A DNA stretch of 59,629 nt from a virus. Its lineage: Duplodnaviria > Caudoviricetes. The stretch spans positions 1 to 59,629 of IMG/VR virus record IMGVR_UViG_3300008255_000012. One strand, given 5' to 3'. The notes under the pieces are model-generated. The model had not been told where the DNA came from and did not search any database. It saw only the letters and a program-made list of their open reading frames with translations. A program made the translations under genes and the position numbers. Each line of letters starts with the position of its first letter. Within the stretch, counting starts at the first letter, position 1. Below, piece after piece: positions 25,192 to 34,639 of this stretch.

Positions 25192-26571
25192 ATGATCCAC
25201 AACCAACAGTTAGAACAAAACGTGATAGGAGCGATTCTTTGCTTGAACGGATACGGAGAGTCTGTTCAGTCGGTTCTTGATTTATTGCGTGTTGAGGACT
25301 TTTACGGAGTTAATCACAAGGCCATTTACTTGGCGATGCTTGATAGTAACCAGAAAGGGGTTTGTCCAGACGCTAACACAGTGGCATGGCACCATATAGT
25401 TGAGTCTGAAGGCGTAAACCCGATGTATGTCATGGAGCTGTGGAAGAACACAGTTAGCGGAATAAACATCCTAAAGCATGCTGAGTCACTTAAAAAAATA
25501 TCTGAATTGCGAATCACTCAAGACAAGATGAACGCGATCAATGAAATTATCAGTTCTTCAGGTGATATTGATGAAAAGCTAAAAGAGATTGATCAGATAT
25601 TTTCTCTTGAAGTTGGATTTACTGATAACAACGTGGGGGCCCGTCACATATCAGAGTGTATGCCCATATACATCGACCGCTTAGAAAAGCGATGGGAAAA
25701 TCCTGACTCAGTTGTTTTTAGCACTGGAATTGTTGACTTAGATAAGATCCTTGGCGGCGGGTTTGAGATTGGGCTTTATGCCATAGGAGCCAATCCGAAG
25801 ATAGGAAAGACTGAGCTAATGGGGAAGATGATTAATCATTTTGGTGTCGATAAGAAACTCCCTGTTTATGTCGGCTCGCTTGAAATGCCAGACTTTCAGG
25901 TTATTGAACGCTTGGTTAGCAGCTACGGAAAGTTAGATAAAACGGCATTGAAGAACAATTTTAAAGGTGACAATGATTTTGCAGTTCTTCACAGCATGCA
26001 CCAACGAGCATGCGGAGAGGTTGGATTCTCAGATATTTATATCGATGATCGCCACGAAAACACTGTAAAGAAGATACGCAGAGAATGCCTAAAGATTAAA
26101 AAGAAACATGGGCGCATAGGTGGGATCTTTGTTGATTACCTTACTTTGCTAAATTCAGACACAAAGCACGATAGGAACGATTTAGCAGTTGCGGCTATGA
26201 CAAGAGCACTTAAAGGCATGTCTAAGGAGTTCCTTTGCCCAGTGGTGATGCTTTTACAGCTGAATAGGGGAAACACCAGCAGAACAGATAAGAGGCCATT
26301 AGCGAGCGATTCAAGAGAGTCTGGCGCTATCGAGCAAGATGTAGACGGGTGGATTGGTTTGTATCGAGATTCTGCATTCGATGAAAACAGCAAGTGGAAA
26401 AATATTACCGAGATCATCGTTAGGCTAAACCGCCATGGTGAAACAGGCACATGCTACCAAGTTTTAACAGGTCACGGATTCGAAGATGCAGACGAACACA
26501 CAGTAGCGAAACTACTTCACGATGAAGAAATAAAGCGGCCAGCTAAAGCGGCTGCTACCGAAAACTTTTAA
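25192..26571 (+). CDS. dnaB: Replicative DNA helicase, DnaB family
   Basis: GANPKIGKT, SLEM, VDYLTL, QLNR, RP..SDSRESGAIEQDVD, NRHGETG. Confidence 0.95.
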   Translation: MIHNQQLEQNVIGAILCLNGYGESVQSVLDLLRVEDFYGVNHKAIYLAMLDSNQKGVCPDANTVAWHHIVESEGVNPMYVMELWKNTVSGINILKHAESLKKISELRITQDKMNAINEIISSSGDIDEKLKEIDQIFSLEVGFTDNNVGARHISECMPIYIDRLEKRWENPDSVVFSTGIVDLDKILGGGFEIGLYAIGANPKIGKTELMGKMINHFGVDKKLPVYVGSLEMPDFQVIERLVSSYGKLDKTALKNNFKGDNDFAVLHSMHQRACGEVGFSDIYIDDRHENTVKKIRRECLKIKKKHGRIGGIFVDYLTLLNSDTKHDRNDLAVAAMTRALKGMSKEFLCPVVMLLQLNRGNTSRTDKRPLASDSRESGAIEQDVDGWIGLYRDSAFDENSKWKNITEIIVRLNRHGETGTCYQVLTGHGFEDADEHTVAKLLHDEEIKRPAKAAATENF

Positions 26572-26599
26572 TTAGATTTTAAGTGATAAGGATTAAGAA

Positions 26600-26854
26600 A
26601 TGAAACGACAAGATAAAAAAGCAGATTACAGCCGATATATTGCAGCTAAAGAATTGAGCGCACTTGATTATCCTTGGCGCAAAAACGTGACAGATGATAT
26701 TGAATCTGGCTGCTTCACCAGTTTTTCATCGGCAAACTCAACCGCCAAGCAATTCGTTATCGTTAACCTAGACCGTTGCGGCATTAAGTTCACAGTGACA
26801 AGCCTTGGCTGTAGCGTTCACAAGATTGAGGTAATCGCTGATGATGCCAAATGA
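26600..26854 (+). CDS. Hypothetical protein
   Basis: AAGGA SD. Confidence 0.55.
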   Translation: MKRQDKKADYSRYIAAKELSALDYPWRKNVTDDIESGCFTSFSSANSTAKQFVIVNLDRCGIKFTVTSLGCSVHKIEVIADDAK

Positions 26855-27038
26855 TTTTGTGTGGAATACAGTTTACTACGGTGCAATCAAGAAGGGTGCT
26901 AATGAAATTATTGCTCGTCAACGTGCTGTAGCTGCATCCGAGAAATTCAGAAAAAGCTCTTATGGTAAAAACGCCATAAAAATGATTGAGGAAGAAATCA
27001 AAGAAGCGGTTAAACAATCAAAGTTGATGAAGAAATAA
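26841..27038 (+). CDS. Hypothetical protein
   Basis: GAGGT SD; coupled. Confidence 0.55.
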   Translation: MMPNDFVWNTVYYGAIKKGANEIIARQRAVAASEKFRKSSYGKNAIKMIEEEIKEAVKQSKLMKK

Positions 27039-27271
27039 TGACACTTGGCAAGAAAGAGTATCCATTGTTTTACTACTCGCGTGGAAGTGATGCAAGAAAC
27101 AAAGAACGCTGCGATTTAACTTTTGTTATGCAGCGAATGAAATACATACCGGAACCACTCAAAGACAGCGTAAGCCACGTTTACGACGGAATGATGCTGT
27201 CGGGTGATAGATATGCTAGAGAGTTTGCTAATACGTGGTTAAACGCCGTGGCACTACAATTTAGGAGATAG
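27038..27271 (+). CDS. Hypothetical protein
   Basis: TAATG-coupled. Confidence 0.55.
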   Translation: MTLGKKEYPLFYYSRGSDARNKERCDLTFVMQRMKYIPEPLKDSVSHVYDGMMLSGDRYAREFANTWLNAVALQFRR

Positions 27272-27275
27272 AAGC

Positions 27276-27839
27276 GTGACAGATAAAAAATACGAACTAA
27301 TTTACTGTGATCCTCCATGGAAGTTTTCAAATAAAAAAACTGGCGGCTCAATGGCTTCTGGTGCAGCAAATCAGTACATAGTAACTAGCACGTCAGACTT
27401 GAAGCGCCTCGACGTTGAAAGTTTGTGCGCTGACAATTGCGTGTTGATTATGTGGTGGGTAGGCGCTATGCCACAAGATGCCATCGACCTAGTTAACTCT
27501 TGGGGGTTCACGCTTAAAAACATGAACGGCTTTGTTTGGGATAAGTTAACCGTGAAATTGCTTAAATTTTTTGGCATGGGCTTCTGGACGCGGGCAGGTA
27601 GCGAGTCGGCGATCATTGCCACCAAAGGAAAGCCTAAACCAGCATCACACTCTGTCCGCGCTGTGCATTCTTGTGTTGTGGGGAAACACAGCCAGAAGCC
27701 TGATAAATTTCGCCAGTTGGCCGTAGAGCTTTGCGGTGATGTTCCTCGGTTAGAAATGTTCGCCCGTGAAGCGCATGAAGGTTGGGATGTTTTCGGTAAT
27801 GAAGCACCCAACTCAATTGAAATCGGAATGAAGCCATGA
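27276..27839 (+). CDS. MT-A70-family adenine methyltransferase
   Basis: IYCDPPW, GMGFWTRAGSE, HSQKP, RLEMFAR..GWDVFGNE. Confidence 0.9.
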   Translation: MTDKKYELIYCDPPWKFSNKKTGGSMASGAANQYIVTSTSDLKRLDVESLCADNCVLIMWWVGAMPQDAIDLVNSWGFTLKNMNGFVWDKLTVKLLKFFGMGFWTRAGSESAIIATKGKPKPASHSVRAVHSCVVGKHSQKPDKFRQLAVELCGDVPRLEMFAREAHEGWDVFGNEAPNSIEIGMKP

Positions 27840-28084
27840 ACACCAAAGAGAAGATATTCAACATACTGGTGGGCGCGGCCGACAAATGGGTTAACGTCGA
27901 TGAGATATCAATGGCGATAAAGCTGAACAGAACCGATGTAACCACCACTGTAAATTCAATGATGAAAAGTAAAACCTATCCAAGCGTTGAGCGAAACATC
28001 AAAGATAAAACCGTTGGCACCGGCGGCAGGCAGCGCAGGCAGTACACAATCAAATACAGGTTGAGGATTGACCATGAAAATTAA
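27836..28084 (+). CDS. Winged-helix-like DNA-binding protein
   Basis: VDEISMAIKLNRTDV helix-turn-helix pattern. Confidence 0.45.
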   Translation: MNTKEKIFNILVGAADKWVNVDEISMAIKLNRTDVTTTVNSMMKSKTYPSVERNIKDKTVGTGGRQRRQYTIKYRLRIDHEN

Positions 28085-28364
28085 AGACCAGGCAGCAGAA
28101 GCGCTAAGGATTGATCCATTTGCCAAAACATTCATTTGCGATAAACCATGCAAAGGTGGCCGTGGAGGATTTGAGCGATACGTTATCAACGGGTTTAAAT
28201 GCGTTACATGCCAGCGAAAAAAGAACCTAGATCGTATAGCTGCAGATCCAGAAAAGCACAAAGAACGCCAACGTGAATACCTAAACAAAAATAGGGATTA
28301 TGTTTTAATGAAAGCCAGAGCTGATTGGCATAGAAGAAAGGAGGCTCAACTTGCAGCAGTTTGA
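28068..28364 (+). CDS. Zn-finger-like hypothetical protein
   Basis: CDKPCKGG..RY....CVTC. Confidence 0.55.
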   Translation: MTMKIKDQAAEALRIDPFAKTFICDKPCKGGRGGFERYVINGFKCVTCQRKKNLDRIAADPEKHKERQREYLNKNRDYVLMKARADWHRRKEAQLAAV

Positions 28365-28782
28365 AATAAGCATAGCAAATATCCGCGAAGTGTTCGGTGC
28401 GATAAAGCAGTTTATTCGGCCGAACAAGCGGTATTTAATCACTGTGAAAGAATGGCAAGCCAGAAGCTTACCCGCTAACGCTGTTTATTGGGTATGGGTT
28501 AAGCAGATAAGCGAATACACGGGCGAGAACATCAAGACGGTTGAGGCTAGATGTAAGCGTGACCATGGCTTACCAATTGCGCTCAGCGGTGAAAACGGGC
28601 AAGTGCTGGCATGAATGCTAGAGCGCTGCCACTTCACTCGACTTGATGATTCTCAGCAGTTAAAGATAGTTTCAGCAATGGAGATATCAAGAAACTTCAC
28701 GACTAAGGAACATAACGATTACCGTGACAGCATTCAGCAGTTTTGGAATGACCATGGGCTTAATCTTTCCTATAAAAATTAG
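28351..28782 (+). pseudogene. NinB/YbcN-like protein interrupted by in-frame TGA at 28612-28614
   Basis: RSLPANAVYWVW..CKRDHG then *MLE...SRNFTTKEHNDYRDSIQQFW..HGLNL in the same frame. Confidence 0.7.
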
Positions 28783-28808
28783 AAATGAAGTTAAGCATTG
28801 ATATTGCA

Positions 28809-28975
28809 TTGATGCGGCTGTTGAATTAAGCTTATTTTGTCTTTTAAGAGTGATGCCGAAAAAGACTATATGCCAAAAGCACGAAAACATGACACGCGAT
28901 TTTAAACCCCTTTCTAGGTGCCTAAGTGTCAGGCCGCATCAACTAGAAGGGGGTTTTCTCATTTAAGGGGTTTGT
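28809..28975 (+). promoter_or_regulatory. Structured leader/attenuator upstream of MTase-antirepressor genes
   Basis: 14-bp stem 28904-28917/28943-28956 with loop complementary to 28809-28818 and 28890-28895. Confidence 0.6.
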
Positions 28976-29806
28976 ATGGATTTTAAGACTGATAATTTGT
29001 GGTTAATGCAAGGCGATTGCCTTGATCGCATGAAAGAAATTCCTAGCGGTTCGGTGGATATGGTTTTAACTGATCCACCGTATGGTACAACAGCCTGTAA
29101 ATGGGATTCGATTATTCCCTTGACTTGGCATTTGGCTGAAAGCGGCAAAGTTATCTATCTAGAGGAGGCTTTGTTAAATGGGTATTCGTTTGCCTATTTT
29201 GAAAAAAATAAAAATGCTGGAATGTGGGAGCAGTTGAATCGAATTATTAAGCATAATGGTGCAATAGTTTTAATGGGACAAACTCCGTTCGATAAATTGC
29301 TTGGAGCCTCAAACCTTGAAATGCTCAGATATGAATGGATTTGGGAAAAGACTGCTGCTACTGGGCACTTGAATGCAAAGAAAATGCCCATGAAGGCGCA
29401 TGAAAATATTATGGTTTTCTATAAAAATAAACCAACATATAACCCTCAAATAACGGAAGGCCATAAACCAACAAATAGCTACACAAAAAGACACAATTCC
29501 GATGGTGAATGTTACGGCAAAACTAGATCAGTAAGTGGTGGAGGTAAAACAACAAGATACCCGCGAAGCATTCAAGTATTTGTCAGTGACAAGCAAAAAA
29601 TTAAACTACACCCAACACAGAAGCCTGTTGCACTGATGGAATATTTAATCAAGACGTACACTAATGCTGGTGAAAAGGTTCTAGACTTCACCATGGGTAG
29701 CGGCACTACTGGCGTGGCGTGTGTTAATACAGGGCGCAATTTCATTGGTATTGAAAAGGATGGCCAGTACTTCGAGATAGCAAAGAAAAGGATATTGTCA
29801 TTATGA
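28976..29806 (+). CDS. Site-specific DNA methyltransferase (N4/N6, beta class)
   Basis: TDPPYG, HPTQKPVAL, VLDFTMGSGTTG. Confidence 0.95.
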   Translation: MDFKTDNLWLMQGDCLDRMKEIPSGSVDMVLTDPPYGTTACKWDSIIPLTWHLAESGKVIYLEEALLNGYSFAYFEKNKNAGMWEQLNRIIKHNGAIVLMGQTPFDKLLGASNLEMLRYEWIWEKTAATGHLNAKKMPMKAHENIMVFYKNKPTYNPQITEGHKPTNSYTKRHNSDGECYGKTRSVSGGGKTTRYPRSIQVFVSDKQKIKLHPTQKPVALMEYLIKTYTNAGEKVLDFTMGSGTTGVACVNTGRNFIGIEKDGQYFEIAKKRILSL

Positions 29807-30483
29807 ACCAACTTATCACAGCAACACAGCTAACAATGAGCAGTCGTGAGATTGCAGACTTAACAAAAAAAGAACATAAAAACGTTACCAGAACTATTGA
29901 GTCGCTAATTTCTGATTCAATTTTAACCGCTCAAATTGAGCCGTTAAGCTACGAGCATCGCGGTAACTGGTATCGATTCTACGAATTAAATAAACGAGAC
30001 AGTTTGGTCGTGGTCGCCAGACTATCTCCTGAGTTCACCGCGGAGATAGTTGATCGCTGGCAAGAGCTAGAATCACAGCAAGCGCCAAAGCTTCCTCAGT
30101 CATTCGCCCAAGCGCTTCAACTCGCAGCAGACCAAGCTAAAGTAATAGAAGATCAACAAGCGGCTATTGCACTGGCCGCGCCAAAGGTTGAGTTTGTCGA
30201 TCGCTACGTGGAGTCAAAAGGGAATAAAGGTTTTCGACAGGTAGCAAAATTACTCAAGGCCAAAGAAAACGAGTTTCGAGCCTACCTATCAGTAAATAAA
30301 ATCCTGTATCGACTTGGAGGTGAATGGGCTCCATATCAATATCACATCGATGCAGGCCGTTTTGAAGTATCGACAGGAACAGCAAACGATCATGCTTACA
30401 ACGCGGCAAGATTCACGCCGAAAGGCATAGAGTGGATTGCAGGGTTATGGGCAGTACATCAATTAAAAAAGGAAGCAAAATAA
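29803..30483 (+). CDS. Antirepressor, Rha-like N-terminus + KilAC/ANT C-terminus
   Basis: MSSREIA..HKNV, IVDRWQELE, PQSFAQALQLAAD, APKVEF.D, FTPKGIEWI. Confidence 0.9.
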   Translation: MNQLITATQLTMSSREIADLTKKEHKNVTRTIESLISDSILTAQIEPLSYEHRGNWYRFYELNKRDSLVVVARLSPEFTAEIVDRWQELESQQAPKLPQSFAQALQLAADQAKVIEDQQAAIALAAPKVEFVDRYVESKGNKGFRQVAKLLKAKENEFRAYLSVNKILYRLGGEWAPYQYHIDAGRFEVSTGTANDHAYNAARFTPKGIEWIAGLWAVHQLKKEAK

Positions 30484-31193
30484 TGACTACACACAACAGT
30501 TACGCAGAAGTAAAGATAGCCAATCCATATAGTGAGATTTTTTGTTCAATAGGTGGGGACTTTGCAGGAATTGAACGTGTATCACTCGTAGCGTTGTCTG
30601 GGGTAAAGGAAGGTTGGAATAAATGCAATCCTTCCGATCATTGCTCAGCGCTGAAGGAGTTTTTAGATGCTGGCTTTAAACTGGTTGAAGGTGATAAATA
30701 TCTCGAGGTAGTTGGTTACGTTTACACAGTTGAGGCTGAAGATTTTGATCTGGTGAATAAAAAATCTTCTGAAGATTGCGATCGCTACATCCTATCAGCA
30801 GCAGCGCTAAATGGTGGCTGCAACATTCCAGCCAAGGTAGAGCAGTGGACGATTTATAACAATACATTTTCACTTTCCGAATTAAATGATGAACGTCGTG
30901 GAATGCTGTTTAATCACCATTGCAATGGCGGAGTAATGCAGAATAGCCAGCGAGGTGTTGAAGAAGATGTTTTTTATGATACTGATTCTTGGTCAGTTTG
31001 GAGTCTGAACACGATATACAGAGCCAAGCCAAAATCTGAGCGCGAGTTGTTTATTGATGCTGCAGTAGCCACTTTTGATGGTCGAACAGGGCTTTCTGAA
31101 TCCGCTATATCTTTGGCAGCACAGCTTATGTTCGACTCAAAAAAGTTCAAGTATGTTGACCTTACCAATGGCTTTGGCGAGAGCGTGCGATGA
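30483..31193 (+). CDS. Modular hypothetical protein
   Basis: KEFLDAGFKLVEGD, IYRAKPKSERELFIDAA. Confidence 0.65.
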   Translation: MTTHNSYAEVKIANPYSEIFCSIGGDFAGIERVSLVALSGVKEGWNKCNPSDHCSALKEFLDAGFKLVEGDKYLEVVGYVYTVEAEDFDLVNKKSSEDCDRYILSAAALNGGCNIPAKVEQWTIYNNTFSLSELNDERRGMLFNHHCNGGVMQNSQRGVEEDVFYDTDSWSVWSLNTIYRAKPKSERELFIDAAVATFDGRTGLSESAISLAAQLMFDSKKFKYVDLTNGFGESVR

Positions 31194-31867
31194 TATCCAA
31201 GCCAAAGCTACCACGCCCAAAGAAATGTAAGGCCCCTAGTTGCGGACTTAAGTTTCCGCCTGAGCGACAGATGCAAGAGACTTGCAGTATTAAGTGCGCC
31301 ATTGAGCTTACAAATTTAAAGCGTGCTAAGAAAGTCGCCAAGGATGCGGCTGAAACATTTGCATTAACTTCACAGCATTTATTGGATAAGAAGATCGTTG
31401 AGATTGGAAAACAAGAGCTGGCAAAAAAACGTGAGGCATCAAAGAAAAAAAAAGAGTTTTACGCTAATGACCGTAGACACCAGCTTAAACTAACCCAATC
31501 AGCTTTTAACGCTTGGATTAGATTTCGAGATAGCGGCAAACCTTGTATTAGTTGCGACAAGCCTGATAGCGGAACGCACCAGCGGCACGCATCACACTTT
31601 AGGTCGGTTGGTGCCTGTGCTGAATTAAGGTTTAACTCGCTTAACGTCCATACTAGCTGTTCAGTTTGCAATAACCACTTGTCAGGTAATATCGCAGGCT
31701 ACCGCCCTAGGCTAATAGATAAAATTGGTATTGAGCTGGTGGAGTGGCTAGAAGGCCCGCACGAACCAAAGAAGTACACCTGTGAACAGCTTCGAGAGAT
31801 ACGAGCTTACTATGCTCGATTAACTCGAGAAGGAATAAAAACAGATGAAGATAGACCGAATAAATAA
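31190..31867 (+). CDS. ninG: NinG/Rap-family endonuclease
   Basis: AFNAWIRFRD, PCISC, HASHFRSVG, LRF...NVH..C..CNNHLSGN..YR..LI.KIG. Confidence 0.9.
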   Translation: MISKPKLPRPKKCKAPSCGLKFPPERQMQETCSIKCAIELTNLKRAKKVAKDAAETFALTSQHLLDKKIVEIGKQELAKKREASKKKKEFYANDRRHQLKLTQSAFNAWIRFRDSGKPCISCDKPDSGTHQRHASHFRSVGACAELRFNSLNVHTSCSVCNNHLSGNIAGYRPRLIDKIGIELVEWLEGPHEPKKYTCEQLREIRAYYARLTREGIKTDEDRPNK

Positions 31868-31883
31868 ATAAGAGGTTAACCTT

Positions 31884-32585
31884 ATGTACACAGTAAAACA
31901 ATGGCGCGAACTAGGTGTAGACTTGATTATTGGCGACAAGCTTGATTGCAATACATGCCAAATTCAAGAAAATTGGTACATTGAAAAATATTTGAATGAT
32001 GGCTTAGCCGATACTTCTTGCGTGGAATTTTTTTCTCCAAGAAAAAATAAAGGCGTTCAACCTGTTCCAAATGGAATTATGGTTGAGATTGAATACAATA
32101 AGCATTGGAATAAAGGCGCTAACGCTTACGAGGCAGGCTCACTTAATTGGGCTGATCCGCTGCTAACAAAATGGTCACCATCCCAATATCAACCACTAAT
32201 AGATGGCATAGTTAAAGAGCATAAAGACCAATTAGCAATCCATAAGGCGCTAGCTGTTAATGTTCAGCGTCAAATCTTCACACAAGCCATGGCCGACAAT
32301 GGCGAGTTGCCGCCTGTTGGTAGCGAATGCCTTGCTATGGTAGATAGCTCGAAAAAGTTTAAGAAATATGTAGTTATGTATATTACAAACTGCGGCTCAA
32401 TGGTGTTGCGAAGAATTGAGAGCAAAATAGACTTGATTGTAGATATCGACTCTTGCGAATTCAAGCCAGCCGACACTCGCACCGACAGAGAAAAGGCTAT
32501 TGATGAAATGTTTGAGGATGCAAAAGTACAAGGTTCTAAAGGTGCATTCGAAAGACTTTACGATGCAGGTTATCGCAAGTGCTAG
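31884..32585 (+). CDS. Modular hypothetical protein, paralog of 15275..15880
   Basis: GVQPVP, FTQAMADNGELPPVGS, DTRTDREKAID, LYDAGYRK. Confidence 0.7.
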   Translation: MYTVKQWRELGVDLIIGDKLDCNTCQIQENWYIEKYLNDGLADTSCVEFFSPRKNKGVQPVPNGIMVEIEYNKHWNKGANAYEAGSLNWADPLLTKWSPSQYQPLIDGIVKEHKDQLAIHKALAVNVQRQIFTQAMADNGELPPVGSECLAMVDSSKKFKKYVVMYITNCGSMVLRRIESKIDLIVDIDSCEFKPADTRTDREKAIDEMFEDAKVQGSKGAFERLYDAGYRKC

Positions 32586-32824
32586 CAGTTCTAAAAGAAA
32601 CAGCCTTAGGCATAGTAACAGCGCTATGTCTATACGCAATATTCGGCGGATACATTGCCGCCATGTTCAACGGTAAACTGCCAATACAACAGTCAGAAAA
32701 GCAAGTTAGCATGTGCGCAGTGTTTCAAGATGGAACGACTTACGGCCGTGATAGCACTATTTCGATAGATGCTTATCATGAAAGGACCAAACAAAGTTTT
32801 GATTATCAGGAGTGCAATCAATGA
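32579..32824 (+). CDS. Small membrane protein
   Basis: N-terminal hydrophobic helix. Confidence 0.5.
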   Translation: MLAVLKETALGIVTALCLYAIFGGYIAAMFNGKLPIQQSEKQVSMCAVFQDGTTYGRDSTISIDAYHERTKQSFDYQECNQ

Positions 32825-33237
32825 TTAAAAATATATACGCTGATGCTGCAAGATGGCTTTTAAATGGTGAGACAGGATCTAGTAGTAAAGCAATTTGCAA
32901 CCATATGCTTTTTGGGAAACAACCAAGAGCTGACTATCCTTCAGATCCATCTGACATTGGAAGATGTTTTTTGCTTCTGCGAGAAATTCCTGATTGGAAT
33001 GGAAGAATATTGGAAATGGCAGAATATGGTGGTCCATGGAAGTCTATCTCTGAAAGGTGGGATGAAATAAAAGAATGCATGGATGATGAGGTTGGAATAG
33101 ATTGGTCAAAAGGACATAAAGCATTAGAAACATATAAATTAATGAAGTTGGTAATTGCAGAAGGTTACAGAAACGATGAAAGGTATGACTGCAAGTTCTA
33201 TGATGATGGAGCATTAATGTCAGCTTTTTTAAAATAA
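32812..33237 (+). CDS. Conserved phage hypothetical protein (AT-rich)
   Basis: WLLNGETGSSSKAI..P.DPSD.GRC..LL..IP.W. Confidence 0.65.
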   Translation: MQSMIKNIYADAARWLLNGETGSSSKAICNHMLFGKQPRADYPSDPSDIGRCFLLLREIPDWNGRILEMAEYGGPWKSISERWDEIKECMDDEVGIDWSKGHKALETYKLMKLVIAEGYRNDERYDCKFYDDGALMSAFLK

Positions 33238-33240
33238 AAG

Positions 33241-33265
33241 AAAGCCCTCAATCGAGGGCTTTTTT
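33241..33265. terminator. Bidirectional terminator between convergent arms
   Basis: AAAGCCCTC-AATC-GAGGGCTTTTTT. Confidence 0.8.
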
Positions 33266-33451
33266 ATTACACAGTTTTTTGTAAGTTTCATCGTGCTCGA
33301 GTATCTGTATCACCAACTCATCGCTAATCACTTCAACATCGGCTTTAGTTGGTGTGATCTGCTTTGCTATCAGGCAATAATCACTTACTGAGCCTGCGCA
33401 GCCGGTCCCGACGATCATTAGCATCAAGATTGGTGACAACCTCGCTAACAT
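33248..33451 (-). CDS. o-spanin (Rz1-like lipoprotein)
   Basis: MLARLSPILMLMIVGTG|C lipobox; overlaps 3' end of i-spanin in another frame. Confidence 0.7.
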   Translation of the reverse strand: MLARLSPILMLMIVGTGCAGSVSDYCLIAKQITPTKADVEVISDELVIQILEHDETYKKLCNKKALD

Positions 33452-33587
33452 CCTTTGCTTGCTTAACTGCATCGATCACCTCTGCTTGTTTTTTTCGCCC
33501 AACTGAATCGGCGCCAGACTTACGACCAAAAATGACGGCAGCAATTAATGCTGCGATCACCAAGGTAATGCCTATTAACGTTCCCAT
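33381..33587 (-). CDS. i-spanin (Rz-like)
   Basis: N-terminal TM, short helical domain ending RDRLRRL. Confidence 0.65.
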   Translation of the reverse strand: MGTLIGITLVIAALIAAVIFGRKSGADSVGRKKQAEVIDAVKQAKDVSEVVTNLDANDRRDRLRRLSK

Positions 33588-33796
33588 TATTTCTTAGTCG
33601 TCCAGACTGAAACTTTATCAAGGAATGAAGAAACGTAGCCCAAGAATACTTTTGCCTTGCTTACGTACTCATCATCCTTAGTTGTAGGAGTTACTTGTGC
33701 AACCTTTTCAAGCGCGGCCACGATAGAGGTAGCAGCAACTACAATGACGCCAAGCCACATAAAGCCATCTTGAAAATAAATTAAAACCTGTTCCAT
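33587..33796 (-). CDS. Small membrane protein in lysis cassette (holin-like)
   Basis: TM followed by TPTTKDDE motif. Confidence 0.55.
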   Translation of the reverse strand: MEQVLIYFQDGFMWLGVIVVAATSIVAALEKVAQVTPTTKDDEYVSKAKVFLGYVSSFLDKVSVWTTKK

Positions 33797-33805
33797 AAAT
33801 CCACC

Positions 33806-34318
33806 CTAATTATCTTGACTAGCTATTTTAAGGTTTGCCGCCATGCGATTCATCCAGCCTTTGCCGTCTTTGTCGAACGTGGCACACTTCACAAAAAACG
33901 AAATGCGCTCAGCGATGAACAGCATTAGCATGTCGTTAATGTCCTTTGCATCCTTCGCCGCAATAGTTTTGTCGCCAATAACCCCGTCGTCTTTTGTGCC
34001 GACCGCTCGCTGCAGCATTTTGGTTGCATTGCGAGCCCCATGGTTAATTGATGCGTCAAAAAACTGATATTGCATTGCAGGTCGGAATCGTTCCATTTTC
34101 AGAGGGATCCACCAATCTTTAAAGTAGATTTCCTTGGCTTGTTCCACTGTTAGGTTTTCAATATCTAGGTTTGGATATGTCATAGCAGCTAGGCCAAACT
34201 TAGTACCCTTAAGCTCGCCTTCCCCAACCTTTCCGCTAGTCCAGTTACCGCGATCATGATGCATTTTCTGGAAACCGCCTTCATGGCCGATAACCCGATT
34301 GAATGCTGTATCAAACAT
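33806..34318 (-). CDS. Endolysin, GH108 lysozyme with PG-binding domain
   Basis: HEGG....DRG, TKFG, IYFKDWW, FDASINHG, LQRAVG..DGVIG..T, GWMNR. Confidence 0.9.
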   Translation of the reverse strand: MFDTAFNRVIGHEGGFQKMHHDRGNWTSGKVGEGELKGTKFGLAAMTYPNLDIENLTVEQAKEIYFKDWWIPLKMERFRPAMQYQFFDASINHGARNATKMLQRAVGTKDDGVIGDKTIAAKDAKDINDMLMLFIAERISFFVKCATFDKDGKGWMNRMAANLKIASQDN

Positions 34319-34342
34319 ATGCTACCGCCTTATTTATTGCTT

Positions 34343-34639
34343 TCACTTCGGCCCCCTTGGAATAAATCTCTGAATGATTGGCATAACCACCCACTGTACT
34401 GATCTGTTAATTCCTAGGCCACATGCGCAAGACAGGATCATGGTTTCAGGGAACGAGGCGGCGCGTATAACACCAAGGAAAACAAGCATAAGGCCAAAAA
34501 TTACAGCTAGTATCATTTCGCCTACAAACGCCCGCATCTTGATCTTTTCTTGGTTTAGTAGGTTTCTTGCGACGACAGCAAGCGAGAAGGTAAAAACAAC
34601 CGCCAGGGTTTTGAGTAAATCATCATGCTTTAAGTCCAT
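34343..34639 (-). CDS. Holin
   Basis: Two to three TM helices, directly upstream of endolysin. Confidence 0.7.
   Translation of the reverse strand: MDLKHDDLLKTLAVVFTFSLAVVARNLLNQEKIKMRAFVGEMILAVIFGLMLVFLGVIRAASFPETMILSCACGLGINRSVQWVVMPIIQRFIPRGPK

Noticed and set aside
28612-28614. Genome-wide TGA recoding or selenocysteine
   Set aside because: Many genes end at TGA with ATGA/TGATG coupling, and no suppressor tRNA was seen
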